Shown piece by piece: positions 26,132 through 39,118 of a DNA stretch of 64,000 bases (the first letter of the stretch is position 1; each line of letters starts with the position of its first letter). Position numbers and translations under genes: made by a program. This stretch comes from Felis catus (Eukaryota): NCBI RefSeq assembly GCF_018350175.1, contig NC_058368.1, positions 160,272,001 to 160,336,000 on the forward strand, given 5' to 3'. The notes under the pieces are model-generated. The model ran no database searches. It was given only the letters and a program-made list of their open reading frames with translations, and was not told the origin of the DNA.

Positions 26132-26768
26132 ATGGTAACTACTCTCCAAAGATGGCTTCCTAATGAACCACACACCCAGGTATTCACAATCTTGATAGGC
26201 CCCGTCCACATTGAATTTGGGCTATCTCTGGGCAACGAATAGAAAGTAGCAGAAGAGATACTGCATGACTTCCAAGTTTAGGCCAAGGTCTTCCTGGGAA
26301 TCTTGGAACTTGTAGTCTGGAAAAGGCAGTCAAAATACAAAATGAAATCCAATTATATATAAAGATATTCATATTATAACGATGCCTAGTAGCTATGGCA
26401 ACATGCAAAAGATACTATTGATACTGCCTTTTTCTTTTATATTTTAAACTACATACAAGGTAGACTTTCATTGTAGCTTTCATCAGGAGAGAGAGTTCAT
26501 GATAGCCTCTAGGATTTCCAGCCATCTCAGCTAGTGTCAGACAAATGAGTGAAGAAGCTTCAGAGACTTGTAGCCCAAATGAGTATACAGATGACTCCAG
26601 CCCTAGCTGCCATTTGACTGTAACTGTACACAGTATGACTGACTCCAAGAAAGAACTTCCCAGCAAGGCCCAATAAGCCCTCACAATTATGATACAGAAA
26701 CATAAACTTGTGTGTTAAGCCACTAAACTTTGGGACTGTTTGTTATGTAGAATATGATAAGTGGATCG
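26132..26768 (+). mobile_element. MLT1G/H-like MaLR LTR with an internal non-LTR segment
   Basis: ctccaaagatggcttcctaatga start; gatgactccagccctagctgccatttgactgtaac; ttaagccactaaactttggg...ttgttatgtag end. Confidence 0.75.
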
Positions 26769-29099
26769 CTAGACATACGACTATAATACTTGTACTGCTT
26801 TTTTTCTTTTGTGTTTGGAAGAAATAAGGAGACTTTTGAATATCTTCATTTTGGCTTTTGGTGAAAAGAACCCATAAAAATTTTGTCAATAATGAACATA
26901 CTGTTGGGATTTTATTTAACCCCAAATTAAAGAAAATCAAAAGAGAAGAAACTTTAAAAAAATAATACAAGCCAGCACATTGATCAGGTTCATAATAAGA
27001 GCCTACATTCATTTAGCAACATTTATTTAAATTATGGAACAAAGCTATCCTTTGTTCCACTAGTACTAAAAAAAAGGTAAATTCTTAATCAAATAAATTC
27101 TGAAACTATCTTTTCAATAGTGGCAGTGAGTCGGATCTTTTTCTCTGTATCAGATGATGATAGCTGTCATTTTTAATTATGTTGAAGTTATGAACTAGGT
27201 TCTATTTCTAGAACTGTGGGAGCATTTTCTAAAAACAAAATGTGATTATTGTCCATGAATAGATTACAGCAGGTAAGACAAAACACCAAATAAGACTTGT
27301 AACAATACTGAAATGTTTTCAAGTCCTAAGCACTGGCCAGAATTGCTCAGTCCTTGAGTAGCACTAGGAGAAGAAGTGCAATTTTAAGAGAAGAGACTCT
27401 GAAGGATGAAGCATGGCAAGCCATATATTTAATAAAGAAAACATGTTTTCTGGGAGAAGCAAATGTGACAGGGAGATCCATGAAGGTGACCATGAAGAAG
27501 GAGCATTTAGATTTGACAAAGGAAGCTACCAGAGGTTTTAGAATGACTTTTAGAAACTAAGGGCATTGAGATTGGGAGAGGGGGGAGAAGAATCTGTTGT
27601 ACAGAAAGCATGTGAGAAAAGATTTCATAGTATAATTCAGGAAACACATAATCACTTTTCCTTTCTTTTTGCCCACAAGGAGACCATGCTGTGTTTTGCT
27701 TCAGCCTCTATAATTGCTGTGGTTCTGGCATAGTTTCGTCATTTACTGGCCCTTCTATTCCTGTTTATAGACCTTTTTCCTGGAGCTGCCCTACTCTAAG
27801 GCTGAAAATAATAATTCCTTCTTGGAATTATGACAGAAGCATATTCTTCAACAACATGTTTTTGCTGTCTTCTGAAAAACCTTGGTTCGATAAAGCAGAC
27901 TAATGGGGTATGTAAGTCAAAGTTAGTTATAAGAAGTTAAAAAATAGATTTCACAGTTTTCCTAATTTGGTTAGTGCCAGATCTTGAGCACAACCTCTCA
28001 GAGACAGCAAAGAATGGGGGAAGGTACAAGAACACCACAGAAAGTGGCACTAAAGCTGACAAACACCTGCTGGCAGAATTCCAGTTGAGTCACTTAATGA
28101 GTATTTCTTATATATCCCTATTTTTAGTTGCCCCCTTTCTTGATTTTTCACAGGTTCTAATACATGAATATTATTATTGGCTATGAATCTACCTTATTTC
28201 CAACTTAGACATATGACATATGCTTAAAGACTTTGGCTTCATTCTGCCTTCTCCGTGACTGAATCATGTATATGAATGCATCAATCCATTTCTGCTCACT
28301 GATTCTCAGTATAGATTCTACAAGTGTGGAAAGCACAGCCCCTGGTTTTGATTTCACTAAACCTTGATTTATGCAGGGCATGGGTTTGGTGCAGTATGTA
28401 GGCTGCTCTGCATAATTTAGGTCAAGAATGGAGAATGGCACAAGGGCTACCTCTTCCCCCTCCTTCCTTGTCCTGCAAACATTTCTAACACCCATACATA
28501 TTTTTCTCAGTGATTTAAGATGTAGCTTTAGAATCCTTGTAAAGAACCACTGCCAATCAAAAGAAATTGATAAATATATTAAAATTTTTATTCAAGGCTC
28601 TAGGGGACAGGAGAATTGAGAAATTGTTATCCATCAAAGTCACTTAGGTAATTTAGTTTCCCCTTTCCTTCCCTAAATAGTAGAGTTTTGACATAAATTG
28701 TATATATAATTATTTTGCTTTCCTCGTGGCCATGTGCATGGGCTGGTCAACCATATGTAGATATTTAATTACAACCTCTGAAGTTCAGAGAAAAGCTTAA
28801 ATCATGATTTAAGAAAAAGAATCAATAAAAATTAACACTACTGAGTGGTAAGTAAGTATTTTCAACTATCCATTTGTCAAAATAATAAAAAGGTTAAAAA
28901 CTATTTTTCTGAAAGCTTTAAAAGAAACTTCTACTTAGGTGATTAACATGTTTGCCAATTTTTAGATGACTTAATATCTGCAGATAGAATTTAACATGTT
29001 TAGCTTTAGGCATAAAACAGGGCTATTATTAAATTCCTATCAAAACACGAAGGGACCATCAAAACTATTAATTAAATCCAACAAACACAGTTTTGCATT

Positions 29100-29350
29100 T
29101 AGTCTCTACTTGCATGTCATCATCCAAATAAGACCTCTGTTGGGCATGCTTTTTAAAAATTCTGTACCCCCCTCAGCACATCTGACTTCTTTATGTGCTT
29201 CACTGCCAAACTCAGTGTACAATCTCTTATACTTGCCTAGTTTTCTTCTAGGACACTATATTTCACTTATTGTATTGACAGATGCAGTACTGGCACCTAA
29301 AACTATACCTGGCACATAGTAGTGCTAATAAATTGGTTAAGTAAATTTAA
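29100..29350 (+). mobile_element. L2 3' end
   Basis: gcacctaaaactatacctggcacatagtagtgctaataaat. Confidence 0.7.
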
Positions 29351-29493
29351 TTGATGTGTCATTAAAAAAAAAACCAATTAGATAATTCTGGAGAGGAGCG
29401 GCAAGCTGTAGGTACTCAGATGTTTGTAAATTACATATTTATAACTGCAAGGGCGCATGAAGATCTATACAGAGGGCCTATGTTCCTTTTTTC

Positions 29494-29734
29494 TTTTTTT
29501 TTTTTTCTTTTTTTTTTTTTAATTTTTTTTTCAACGTTTATTTATTTTTGGGACAGAGAGAGACAGAGCATGAATGGGGGAGGGGCAGAGAGAGAGGGAG
29601 ACACAGAATCGGAAACAGGCTCCAGGCTCTGAGCCATCAGCCCAGAGCCTGATGCGGGGCTCGAACTCCCGGACCCCGAGATCGTGATCTGGCTGAAGTC
29701 GGACGCTTAACCGACTGCGCCACCCAGGCGCCCC
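29494..29734 (-). mobile_element. Young felid Can-SINE
   Basis: CpG-rich body (gagatcgtgatctggctgaagtcggacgcttaaccgactgcgccacccaggcgcccc), long T-tail, perfect TSD tgttccttttttc at 29481-29493 and 29735-29747. Confidence 0.98.
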
Positions 29735-29995
29735 TGTTCCTTTTTTCATTTCACAAACATTTACTGGATTTCTCCTGGGTATCTGCCTCCAATAAAACAT
29801 ATGTCTTGATCTAAAACATTTTTCAGATGAGTGCAAGAATTTCTAATACAGCTGATGATATACTATGACATAGACGAACTTAAGGTGATAGATTATATCT
29901 AAATACCTTTAGATATCTCAGTAGATTTTCTATGGTAGCCTGGCTTCATTTTCAATTCTTGTTTGCCATGTGACACTTCACATGAACTAAATTTG

Positions 29996-29997
<2 letters not shown>

Positions 29998-30040
<43 letters not shown>
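29998..30040. repeat. (TG)n(TA)n microsatellite
   Basis: Direct reading. Confidence 0.97.
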
Positions 30041-30041
<1 letters not shown>

Positions 30042-30519
30042 AAATTTTTATATATGTGGAACTTTACATGAATTAAATATGTACGTGTGTATACATGTTG
30101 TACATGCATATATACACATAATTTGTTTTTAAAGGAGATGGAAAGAGATTTATTACAAAAGTTATTAAACGGCAACTTAGAGAATAAGTTCTCTAATTTG
30201 ATAAACAGCCTGAAATTATGTTCTAATAGAACATAATTTTAAAATTATTCCTTCAGTTAGAAAGTTAATTATTGCCATTCCTTCTTGTTTATGTGACTGT
30301 TTCTGATACTTGAAAGTGCAAAAATGAAAAGAAAGTTACAGGTGATGCATTAAGAAGCTATGATTTTTATCATAAAATTTGAGACAAAATTTAACTTATA
30401 TATGTATGTGATTAGAAGTAACTTTTTCTTCTTCTTAGTATAGCTTCTGAGCTAAAAAAAGTCATCAGGTTTAAAAGTAGGGAATTCAGAGCTGGAAGAA
30501 ACTTTACATATGTATGTGA

Positions 30520-30660
30520 GGTTTTATGTTACAGGTGAGAAATCTGGGGCTCAGAGAGTCTGACTTTAGGAAAGTCTTAAAATATTAGTGCTACAAGGGA
30601 AAAACAAACCCAAACCCAGTGTTCTAATTTGTAGTCTGGAGCTTTCCAGCACATTCTACT
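30520..30660 (-). mobile_element. MIR fragment
   Basis: ttacaggtgagaaatctggggctcagagag. Confidence 0.6.
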
Positions 30661-32454
30661 TTGTTTAATTTAATTTGGTATGGTTACTCTTTTGTCTGAA
30701 CCTCTGTAAGGGATTTCTGATGTTATCTGCCATGTTTTCATGGGTTACATAAAAAACAGATAATTAGCATTAGTTGAACATGTCATTTAAGATACAATTA
30801 TCTTGGATAACTTTTGCTGCAAATGTTTTCCCAATGGTATTCAATTTTTTTTTCTTTACATTATATTCTAAATCCCTTAGTACTTTTTGAATTGGCAAAC
30901 TGTATATTCTTGCATTAATTTATTTCTAGGGAGAATTGAAACACATGACAGTATTGATTTCATCCCAAATTCATTCGAGATCATTTTCTAAGAAGGGAGT
31001 TACAAGTTAGATTTTGCAGACTTTTGAGATGTTCCTTTTATGTAGGCCATGAAAAGGAAACAATGGAATACCTACTGGATTCACAAACAATTACGATGGA
31101 GAGGCTGAACATGGCTGTTGGAGACTCTTGAGTGCTTTGATTACAATCTAATTAACATGACACAAATTGAAACAGGTCCGAAGATGCTTAATTCATTTTT
31201 TCTGGTGATTATGATCATGATGAATAAGATTCCTATTATCTTTTGGAAAGGTATTTGATCATGCCCCAAGACATGATAAGGGAAGAGAAATGTTCCTATT
31301 ACCTGGTGTTTAGAATTGCTAAAAGGTAGCAGAGACCCAACCTGACCTTCAAGGTAGTTTGAAATGTGTCTGCTGTGGCTTTTACTGCCCATGCACCCCG
31401 TGCCATTGAGTATAAGGAAATGTGATGCAATTACTCATTAGTTGTCACTGGCTTATTTTTAGCACTTTAAGCTTGGCTGCGTCCCTGCCTTCAGAGCGTT
31501 CCTCCTGTTCCTTTTCCTTATTGTCAAGAGTCTGACAATTGCTTGTCTCTGCATTGTTAGTCTTGTGCTTTTTCTTCTGGAAGATAATAAAGGTCAAATA
31601 TCCCCCTAGACTAGTGAAGTATTTTCAAATCAATAAAGTTGGATTCAAATAGCTTAGAAGGTAGGGTTTATAAGAAAAATGTCTAGTTTTTGCTCTGTCA
31701 AAAGATTGTAAGTACCAGAAGGCTGTTTTGTTTTGTTTTGTTGCCCATTAAACACCTTTGATTCACCCAAACAAGGCAGTTTATCTGCTTTTTGAAGTTC
31801 TCTAATAAAATTAGAGAAAAAATATAGTAGTTTATATCTTTGAGGCACAAATCTTGGATCATATTCACAATCCCTGGGTTAATTAACAAACTCTATGATT
31901 TAGCTATTTCAATTTTATTTGAGTTATAGGAACAATAGCCTTATGGGTTAGCATTCACTAGGTGAAAATTTATGAAAGTTATTGATGGTTGACATTCATC
32001 CATAAGTATATGGAGTATCGAAGATTTTTGTTCTGCTTGTTACTGTAAAAAATCAAGTTTTAAAATATGAAGTATAGCATTTTTAGTTTCTCTTTGGTCT
32101 TCTGGTAAACTATTGGCTATTAAAAACAAATAAACAAGAAAACTTATTCTTTCTTTTGTGAGTCCTCCAGCCATTATTAAATGGCATTTCTTTTCTGTTT
32201 GATTTTCTTTAAAAAAAATTTTTTTTCATTTTGTAAAAATAATTTACATCGAAATTAGTTAGCATATAGTGCAACAATGATTTCAGGAGTAGATTTCTTA
32301 ATGCCCCTTACCCATTTAGCGTATCCCCCCCTCACACAACCCCTCCAGTAACCCTCAGTTTGTTCTCCATATTTATGAGTCTCTTATGTTTTCCCCCTCC
32401 CTGTTTTTATATTATTTTTGTTTCCTTCCTTTATGTTCATCTGTTTTTTCTCTT

Positions 32455-35400
32455 AAAGTCCTCATCTGAGTGAAGTCATATGATATTTGTCTTTCTCTGA
32501 CTGACTGATTTCACTTAGCATAATACCCTCCAATTCCATCCACGCAGTTGCAAATGGCAAGATTTCATTCTTTTTGATTGCCAACTAATACTCCATTGTA
32601 TATATGTACCACATCTTTATTCATCCATCAATGGACATTTGGGCTCTTTCCATACTTTAGCTATTGTTGATAGTACTGCTATAAACATTGGGGTGCATGT
32701 GTCCCTTCAAAACAGCATACCTGTATCCCTTGGATTAATAGGGTAATTCTATTTTTAGTTTTCTGAGGAACCTCCATACTATTTTCCAGAGTTGCTGCAC
32801 CAGTTTACATTCCCATCAGCAGTGCAAAAGAGATCCTCTTTCTCTGCATCCTCGCCAAAATCTGTTTTTGCCTGAGTTGTTAATGTTAGCTATTCTGACA
32901 GGTGTGAGGTTGTATCTCATGGTGGTTTTGATTTGTATTTCCCTGATGATGAGTGATGTTGAGCATTGTTTCATGTGTCAGTTGGCCATCTGGGTGTCTT
33001 CTTTGGAGAAATGTCTATTCATGTCTTTTGCCCATTTCTTCACTGGATTATTTGTTTTTTGGTGTTGAGTTTGATAAGTTCTTTATACATTTTGGATACT
33101 AACCCTTTATCTGATCCCTCTTTTGCAAATATTTTATCCCATTCCATCAGTTACTTTTTAGTTTTGCTGATTGTTTCCTTCGCTGTGCATAAGCCCTTCA
33201 TTTTGATGAGGTCCCAATAGTTCATTTTTGCTTTTGTTTCCCTTGCCTCCGGAGACGTGTTGAGTAAGAAGTTGCTGTGGCTAAGATCAAAGAGGTTTTT
33301 CCTACTTTCTCCTCGAGGATTTGGATGGCTTCCTGTCTTACATTTAGGTCTTTCATCCATTTGAGTTCATTTTTGTGTATGGTATAAGAAAGTGGTCCAG
33401 GTTCATTCTTCTGCATGTCGCTGTCCAGTTTTCCCAGCACCACTTGCTGAAGAGACTGTCTGTATTCTATTGGATATTCTTTCCTGCTTTGTCAAAGATT
33501 AGTTGGCCATATGTTTGTGGGTCCATTTCCGGGTTCTCTATTCTGTTCCCCTGATCTGAGTGTTTGATCTTGTGCCAGTACCATACTGTCTTGATGATTA
33601 TAGCCTCAAAGTAGTATAGCTTGAAGTCCGGGATTGTGATGCCTCCTGCTTTGGTTTTCTTTTTCAAGATTGTTTTGGCTATTCCGCGTCATTTCTGGTT
33701 GCATACAAATTTTAGGATTATTGGTTCTAGCTCTGTGAAGAATGCTCGTGTTATTTTGATAGGGATTTCATTGAATATGTAGATTGCTTTGGGTAGTATC
33801 AACATATTAACAATAGTTGCTCTTCCTATCCAGGAGCTTGTAATATTTTTCCATTTTTTTGTGTCTTCTTCAGTTTATTTCATAAGCTTTCTCTAGTTTT
33901 CAGTGTATAGATTTTTTCACCTCTTTGATTGGATTTGTTCCTAGGTATTTTATGGTTTGTGGTGTAATTGTAAATGGGATCGATTCCTTGATTTCTCTTT
34001 CTGTTGCTTCATTATTGGTGTATAGGAATGCAACTGATTTCTGTGCATTGATTTTATATCCTGCACTTTGCTGAATTCATGGAACAGTTCTAGTAGTTTT
34101 TTTGGTGGAATCTTTTGGGTTTTCTATACAGAGTATCATGTCATCTGCTAAGAGTGAAAGTTTGACTTCCTCCTGGCTGATTTGGATCCCTTTTATTTCT
34201 TTGTATTGTCTGGTTGCAGAGGCTAAGACTTCCAATACTATGCTGAATAATAGTGGTGAGAGTGGACATCCCTGTCATATTCCTGACCTTAGGGGGAAAG
34301 CATTCAGTTTTTCTGCATTGAGGATGATATTAGCATTGGGACGTTCACATATGGTTTTTATGATCTCGACGTATGCTCCTTCTATGCCTACTTTCTTGAG
34401 GGCTTTTTTATCAAGAAAGGATGCTATATTTTGTCAAATGCTTTCTCTGAATCTATTGATAGGATCATATGGTTCTTGTCATTTCTTTTATTGATGTGAC
34501 GAATCACGTTAATTGTTTTGAGGATATTGAACCAGTCCTGCATCCCAGCTATAAATCCCACTTGGTTGTGATGAATAATTATTTTAATGTATTGTTGGAG
34601 ACAGTTGGCTAATATTTTGTTGAGGATTTTTGCATCCATGTTCATCAGGAAAATTGGTCTGTAGTTCTCCTTTTTAGTGGGGTCTCTGTCTGGTTGTGGA
34701 ATCAAGGTAATGCTGGCTTCATAGAAAGAGTTTGGAAGTTTTCCTTCCATTTCTATTTTTTTTGGAATAGCTTCAAGAGAATAGGTGTTAACTCTTCTTT
34801 AAATGTTTGGTACAATTCCCCTGGAAAGCCATCTGGCCCTGGACTCTTGTTTTTTGGCAGATTTTTGATTACTGATTCGATTTCCTTACTGGTTATGGCT
34901 CTGTTCAAATTTTATATTTCTTCCTTTTTCAGTTTGGGTGGTGTACATGTTTCTAGGAATTTGTCTATTTCTTCCAGATTACCCATTTTATTGGCATATA
35001 ATTGCTCATAATATTGTCTTATTATTTGTATTTCTGTTGTGTTGGCTGTGACCTCTCCTCATTCATTCTTGATTTTATTTATTTGGGTCCTTTCCTTTTT
35101 CTTTTTGATCAAACTGGCTAGTAGTTTAACAATTTTGTTAATTCTTTCAAAGAACCAGCTTCTGGTTTCATTGATCTGTTCTACTTTTTTTTTTTTTTTG
35201 GTTTCAATAGCATTAATTTCTGCTCTAATCTTTATTATTTGCTATCTGCTGCTGGTTTGGGTTTTATTTGCTGTTTTTTTCCAGCTCTTTAATGCATAAC
35301 GTTAGGTTGTGCAACTGAGATCTTTCTTCCTTCTTTAGGAAGTCCTGTATTGCTATATACTTTCCTCTTAGGACCACCTTTGCTGCATCCCAGAAGTTTT

Positions 35401-36239
35401 GGGTTGCGGTGTTACCATTTTCATTGGCTTCCATATACTTTTTAATTTCCTCTTTGACTTCTTGGTTATCCCATTCATTATTTAGTAGGATGTTCTTTAG
35501 TCTCCAAGTATTTGTTACTTTCCAAATTTTTTCTTGTGGTTGATTTCAAGTTTCATAGCATTGTGGTCTGGAAATATGCATGGTATGATCTCAGTCTTTT
35601 TGTACTTGCTGAGGGCTAATTTGTGTCCCAGTATATGGTCTATTTTGGAGAACGTTCCATGTGCACTGGAGAAGAATGTATATTCTGCTGCTTTAGGATG
35701 AAATGTTCTGAATGTATCTGTTAAGTCCATCTGGTCCAGTGTGTCATTCAAAGCCATTATTTCCTTGTTGATTTTTTGATTAGATGATCTATCCATTGCT
35801 GTGAGTGGGGTGTTGAAGTCTCCTACTATTATGGTATTACTATGGATGCGTTTCTTTATGGTTGTGATTAATTGGTTTATATGTTTGTGTGTTCTCACAT
35901 TTGGTGCATAAATGTTTACAATTGTTAGGTCTCCTTGGTGGATAGACCCCTTGATTATGATAAAATGCCCTTCTGCATCTCTTGATACAGTCTTTATTTT
36001 AACGTCTAAATAAGTATGGCTACTCTGGCTTTCTTTTGTTGACCATTAGCATGATAGATGGTTCTCTATCCCCTTACTTTCAATCTGAAGGTGTCTTTAG
36101 GTCTAAGGTGGGTCTCTTGTAAACAGCATATAGATGGATCTTGTTTTCTTATCCATTCTGTAACCCTATGTCTTTTGATTGGAGCATTGAGTCCACTGAC
36201 ATTTACAGTGAGTAGGGAAAGATATGAATTTATTGCCAT
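32455..36239 (-). pseudogene. L1 ORF2 (endonuclease / reverse transcriptase / CCHC), disrupted
   Basis: Begins MAINSYLSLLTVNVSGLNAPIKRHR, then a premature TAG; fragments [41 protein letters not shown]; many stops and frameshifts. Confidence 0.95.
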
Positions 36240-36306
36240 TATGATTCTTGTAGAGTTAGAGTTTCTGGTGTTGTTCTCTTGTCCTTTCTAATCTTTGTTG
36301 CTTTTG

Positions 36307-36365
<59 letters not shown>
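36307..36365. repeat. (TA)n microsatellite in the L1 inter-ORF spacer
   Basis: Direct reading. Confidence 0.97.
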
Positions 36366-36368
<3 letters not shown>

Positions 36369-36379
36369 TTTATCTATCT

Positions 36380-37268
36380 GTATTTTTTTCATCTTTTCTC
36401 CCCTCAGTCTCCCTTAAAATTTCTTGCAGGGCTGGTTTAGTGGTCACAAACTCCTTTAATTTTTGTTTGTCTGGGCAACTTTTTATCTCTCCTTCTATTT
36501 TGAATAACAGCCTTGCTGGATAAAGAATTTTTTGTTGCATATTTTTCTGATTCAGCATATTGAATATATCCTGCCACTCCTTTCTGGCCTGCCAAGTTTC
36601 TGTGGATAGGTCTGCTGCAAACCTGATCTGTCTTCCCTTGTAGGTTAGGTGCTTTCATGATTCTCTCCTTGCCTGAGTATTTTGTGAATTTGACTATGAT
36701 ATGCCTTGTTGATGATCGGTTTTTGTTGAATCTCTTGGGGGTCCTCTGTGCTTCCTGGATTTTGATATCTGTGTCTTTCCCCAGGTTAGGAAAGCTTTCT
36801 TCCATGAGTTGCTCATGTAACCCTTCTACCCCTATTTCTCTCTCTTCCTCTTCTGGGACCCCTATGATTCTGATGTTGGTCCTTTTTAATGAGTCACTGA
36901 TTTCTCTAATTCTTAAATCGTGCTGTTTTGCCTTAATCTTCCTCTTTTTTTCCCCTGCTTCATTATTGTCCATAAGTTTGTCCTCTATATCACTGATTCT
37001 CTGTTCTGCCTCATCCATCCTTGTCACCACAGCATCCATCTGTGATTGCTGCTCAGTTATAGCATTTTTTTACTTCATCCTGACTAGTTTTTAATTCTTT
37101 TATCTCTGAAGAAAGGGATTCTAGTCTGTTGTGGACTCCAGCTAGTATTCTTATTATCGTGATTCTAAATTCTGGTTCAGACATCTTACTTGTATCTGTG
37201 TTGGTTAAATCCCTGGCTGTCATTTCTTTGTGCTCTTTCTTTTGGGGTGAGTTCCTTCATTTCGCCAT
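36380..37268 (-). pseudogene. L1 ORF1 (RNA-binding chaperone), disrupted
   Basis: ATG GCG AAA TGA (stop at codon 4); downstream RMDEAEQRISDIED, NIRIIGVPEEEE, KILYPARLLFKIEGEIK motifs of ORF1p. Confidence 0.93.
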
Positions 37269-37845
37269 TTTGAAGGGAGAAAAGGAATTAATGAATAGAA
37301 GAATTAAAATTTAAAGAAAATTAAAATTAAAAAATATTAAAATTAAAAAATTGAAAAGACCCCCCCCAAAATTGAATAAATGATGCTAGATCCTAGGTGT
37401 GTTTGGTCTGGGTGTTGAAAGTGGTTTGATTAGAGAAAAAAGGGGGGGGGGAAGGAAATCATTTGAGAATTTGAAAAAAACGAATACATTGAAGTAGACT
37501 AAAATTAAATGATGGAAGTAAAATAGTATTTGAAAAAATTTACAGAAAAGTAAAGAATATAGTAAAAAATTTAAAGAAAAATATTTTTAATAAACATTGA
37601 AAATAAAACTGAATGTTTTCTCCTTCTGTGTTCAAGAAAAAGAAGTGAAAAAGAGAGAAAAAAAGAAAATTGAATAGATGGATCTACTAACAGATTGAAA
37701 TATGACTGAAATTACTTCGTTTTACCCTAGATGTCAGACTATGAAGTGCTTTATAGTCCATGAACTAAGCAGGTGGTCAGAGTTGTGTTTTTGAAGAGCA
37801 AGGTTGACCCGGTTTGGCGGGGCTTAGTGTAAACAGCTCCATTCT

Positions 37846-37860
37846 CCTCTAGGTGGCGCT
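37846..37860 (+). promoter_or_regulatory. CTCF-like motif in the L1 5'UTR
   Basis: cctctaggtggcgct is close to the CTCF core CCASYAGRKGGCRSY. Confidence 0.5.
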
Positions 37861-38596
37861 GCTAACCTACTGGGGTGGATTGTTGCGGGGCTCGTAGGTG
37901 CGTATGTGCATTTGCGGGAGCGGTTAAAACGGCCTCACCCAGCTACCCAGTCTTGAGTATCGGAACTCTGTTCTCCCTGATCAGCAATTGTGCACCCGTC
38001 CTTTGTTTTCAGCTTTCATCCACTCCCTGCTTTTTCACTGTCCGTGACCAAGCCCCAGGTAGTACCTTCTCCTGAATTTTGTCTCAGATGTGACTGTTTT
38101 CCCTGGCCCCTTACTTCTGAAGGACTGCGACTTTGACCTGTTCCACCTCTGTAGAAGGGTCTCACTGAGCAATGGCCAAATGTCAGCTGCACCCAGGAAT
38201 GCTTGCTGGACCCTGCTGCTGCTGAAGCCCCAAGACTGTGGCCAGGTGCCAGCCTGCCCCAGAAAAAGTTTGTCAGATAGTGTAGCAGCAGCTATTCAGG
38301 GATTATGGAAAATCACAACACATCTGGCACCAGGCTTCACCCTTAACGACCTTGTTCCAGCACCAGCGAATGTGACCGTTCTCTGGGGTCTGCTGGGACC
38401 AGGGGGCCTCAACAGTCTCTACCAAATGTCCTTCCAGCAGTGGAACAGCTTTTCCCTGTGTGGTCCAAGAATGTCCTAGACCCCACTCTACTTCTGGGGA
38501 TTTGCCCTTCCCACCAGAGCACTGCCAGGTATGGAGCTGCAGAGTTGCAGACTCTGTACTCCCCTTGTTTACAGTCTTAATGGAATTTAAACCCTA

Positions 38597-38788
38597 TCCT
38601 TTCTCCTTTCTCCTCCTTTCTCCTCCTTTCTCCTCCTTTCTCCTTTCTCCTTTTTTCTCTTTTCTCTTTTCTCTTTTCTCTTTTCTCTTTTCTCCTTTCT
38701 CCTTTCTCCTTTCTCCTTTCTCCTTTCTCCTTTCTCCTTTCTCCTTTCTCCTTTCTCCTTTCTCCTTTCTCCTTTCTCCTTTCTTTTT
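38597..38788. repeat. Pure polypyrimidine tandem repeat (TCCTTTC / CTCTTTT / TCCTCCTTTC units)
   Basis: About 190 nt with no purine on the plus strand, inside the L1 5'UTR. Confidence 0.97.
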
Positions 38789-39118
38789 AGTTTAGTCCCT
38801 GTGGCTGTTTCCAATTTTCCTTTCTCTCCAGCTGTTTTTGGGGAGGGGTACTTTTCCTGTATTATCCCCCTCCCATCTCCGTCCTCTCTCCACCCGCAAA
38901 AGCAGCTCCCTGCCCACCGTGGCTTCTCGCTCCCCAAGTTCACCTATCCATGCCACGTACCTGCTGAATTCTGTGGTTCAGGTTGTGCAGATTGCTGTGT
39001 TAATCCTCAAATCAGTTTTCTAGGTGTACAGGATGGTTTAGTGTTGGTCTGGCTGTATTTCATGGGTGTGAGTCACACAAAAAACTTCCATGCTGTTCCA
39101 CCATCTTGGTCCCCCCTC

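Larger units (their letters stand above)
32215..39118 (-). mobile_element. Full-length (~6.9 kb) carnivore LINE-1, disabled
   Basis: 5' end ggggggaccaagatgg (YY1-type motif), ~1.85-kb 5'UTR, ORF1, inter-ORF spacer with (TA)n, ORF2, 3'UTR and T-tail, all collinear on the minus strand. Confidence 0.98.

Noticed and set aside
29494..29734. tRNA genes in SINE heads (here and in other copies)
   Set aside because: tRNA-derived Can-SINE heads with (CT)n and A-tails, not functional tRNAs.
31048..31131. Plus-strand terminal coding exon (GHEKETMEYLLDSQ...) as partner of the 15.2-kb exon
   Set aside because: Phase mismatch: joining to the phase-2 donor at 15212 gives a stop within two codons.
38597..38788. 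CRISPR-like array
   Set aside because: Simple tandem repeat with no unique spacers, no cas genes, and a mammalian context.
38460..38943. Repetitive proteins (FSFLLSP)n and (KEKGERR)n
   Set aside because: Translation artefacts of the 7-mer pyrimidine repeat.
32215..39118. Active, retrotransposition-competent L1
   Set aside because: ORF1 has a stop at codon 4 and frameshifts; ORF2 has an early TAG and many disruptions.
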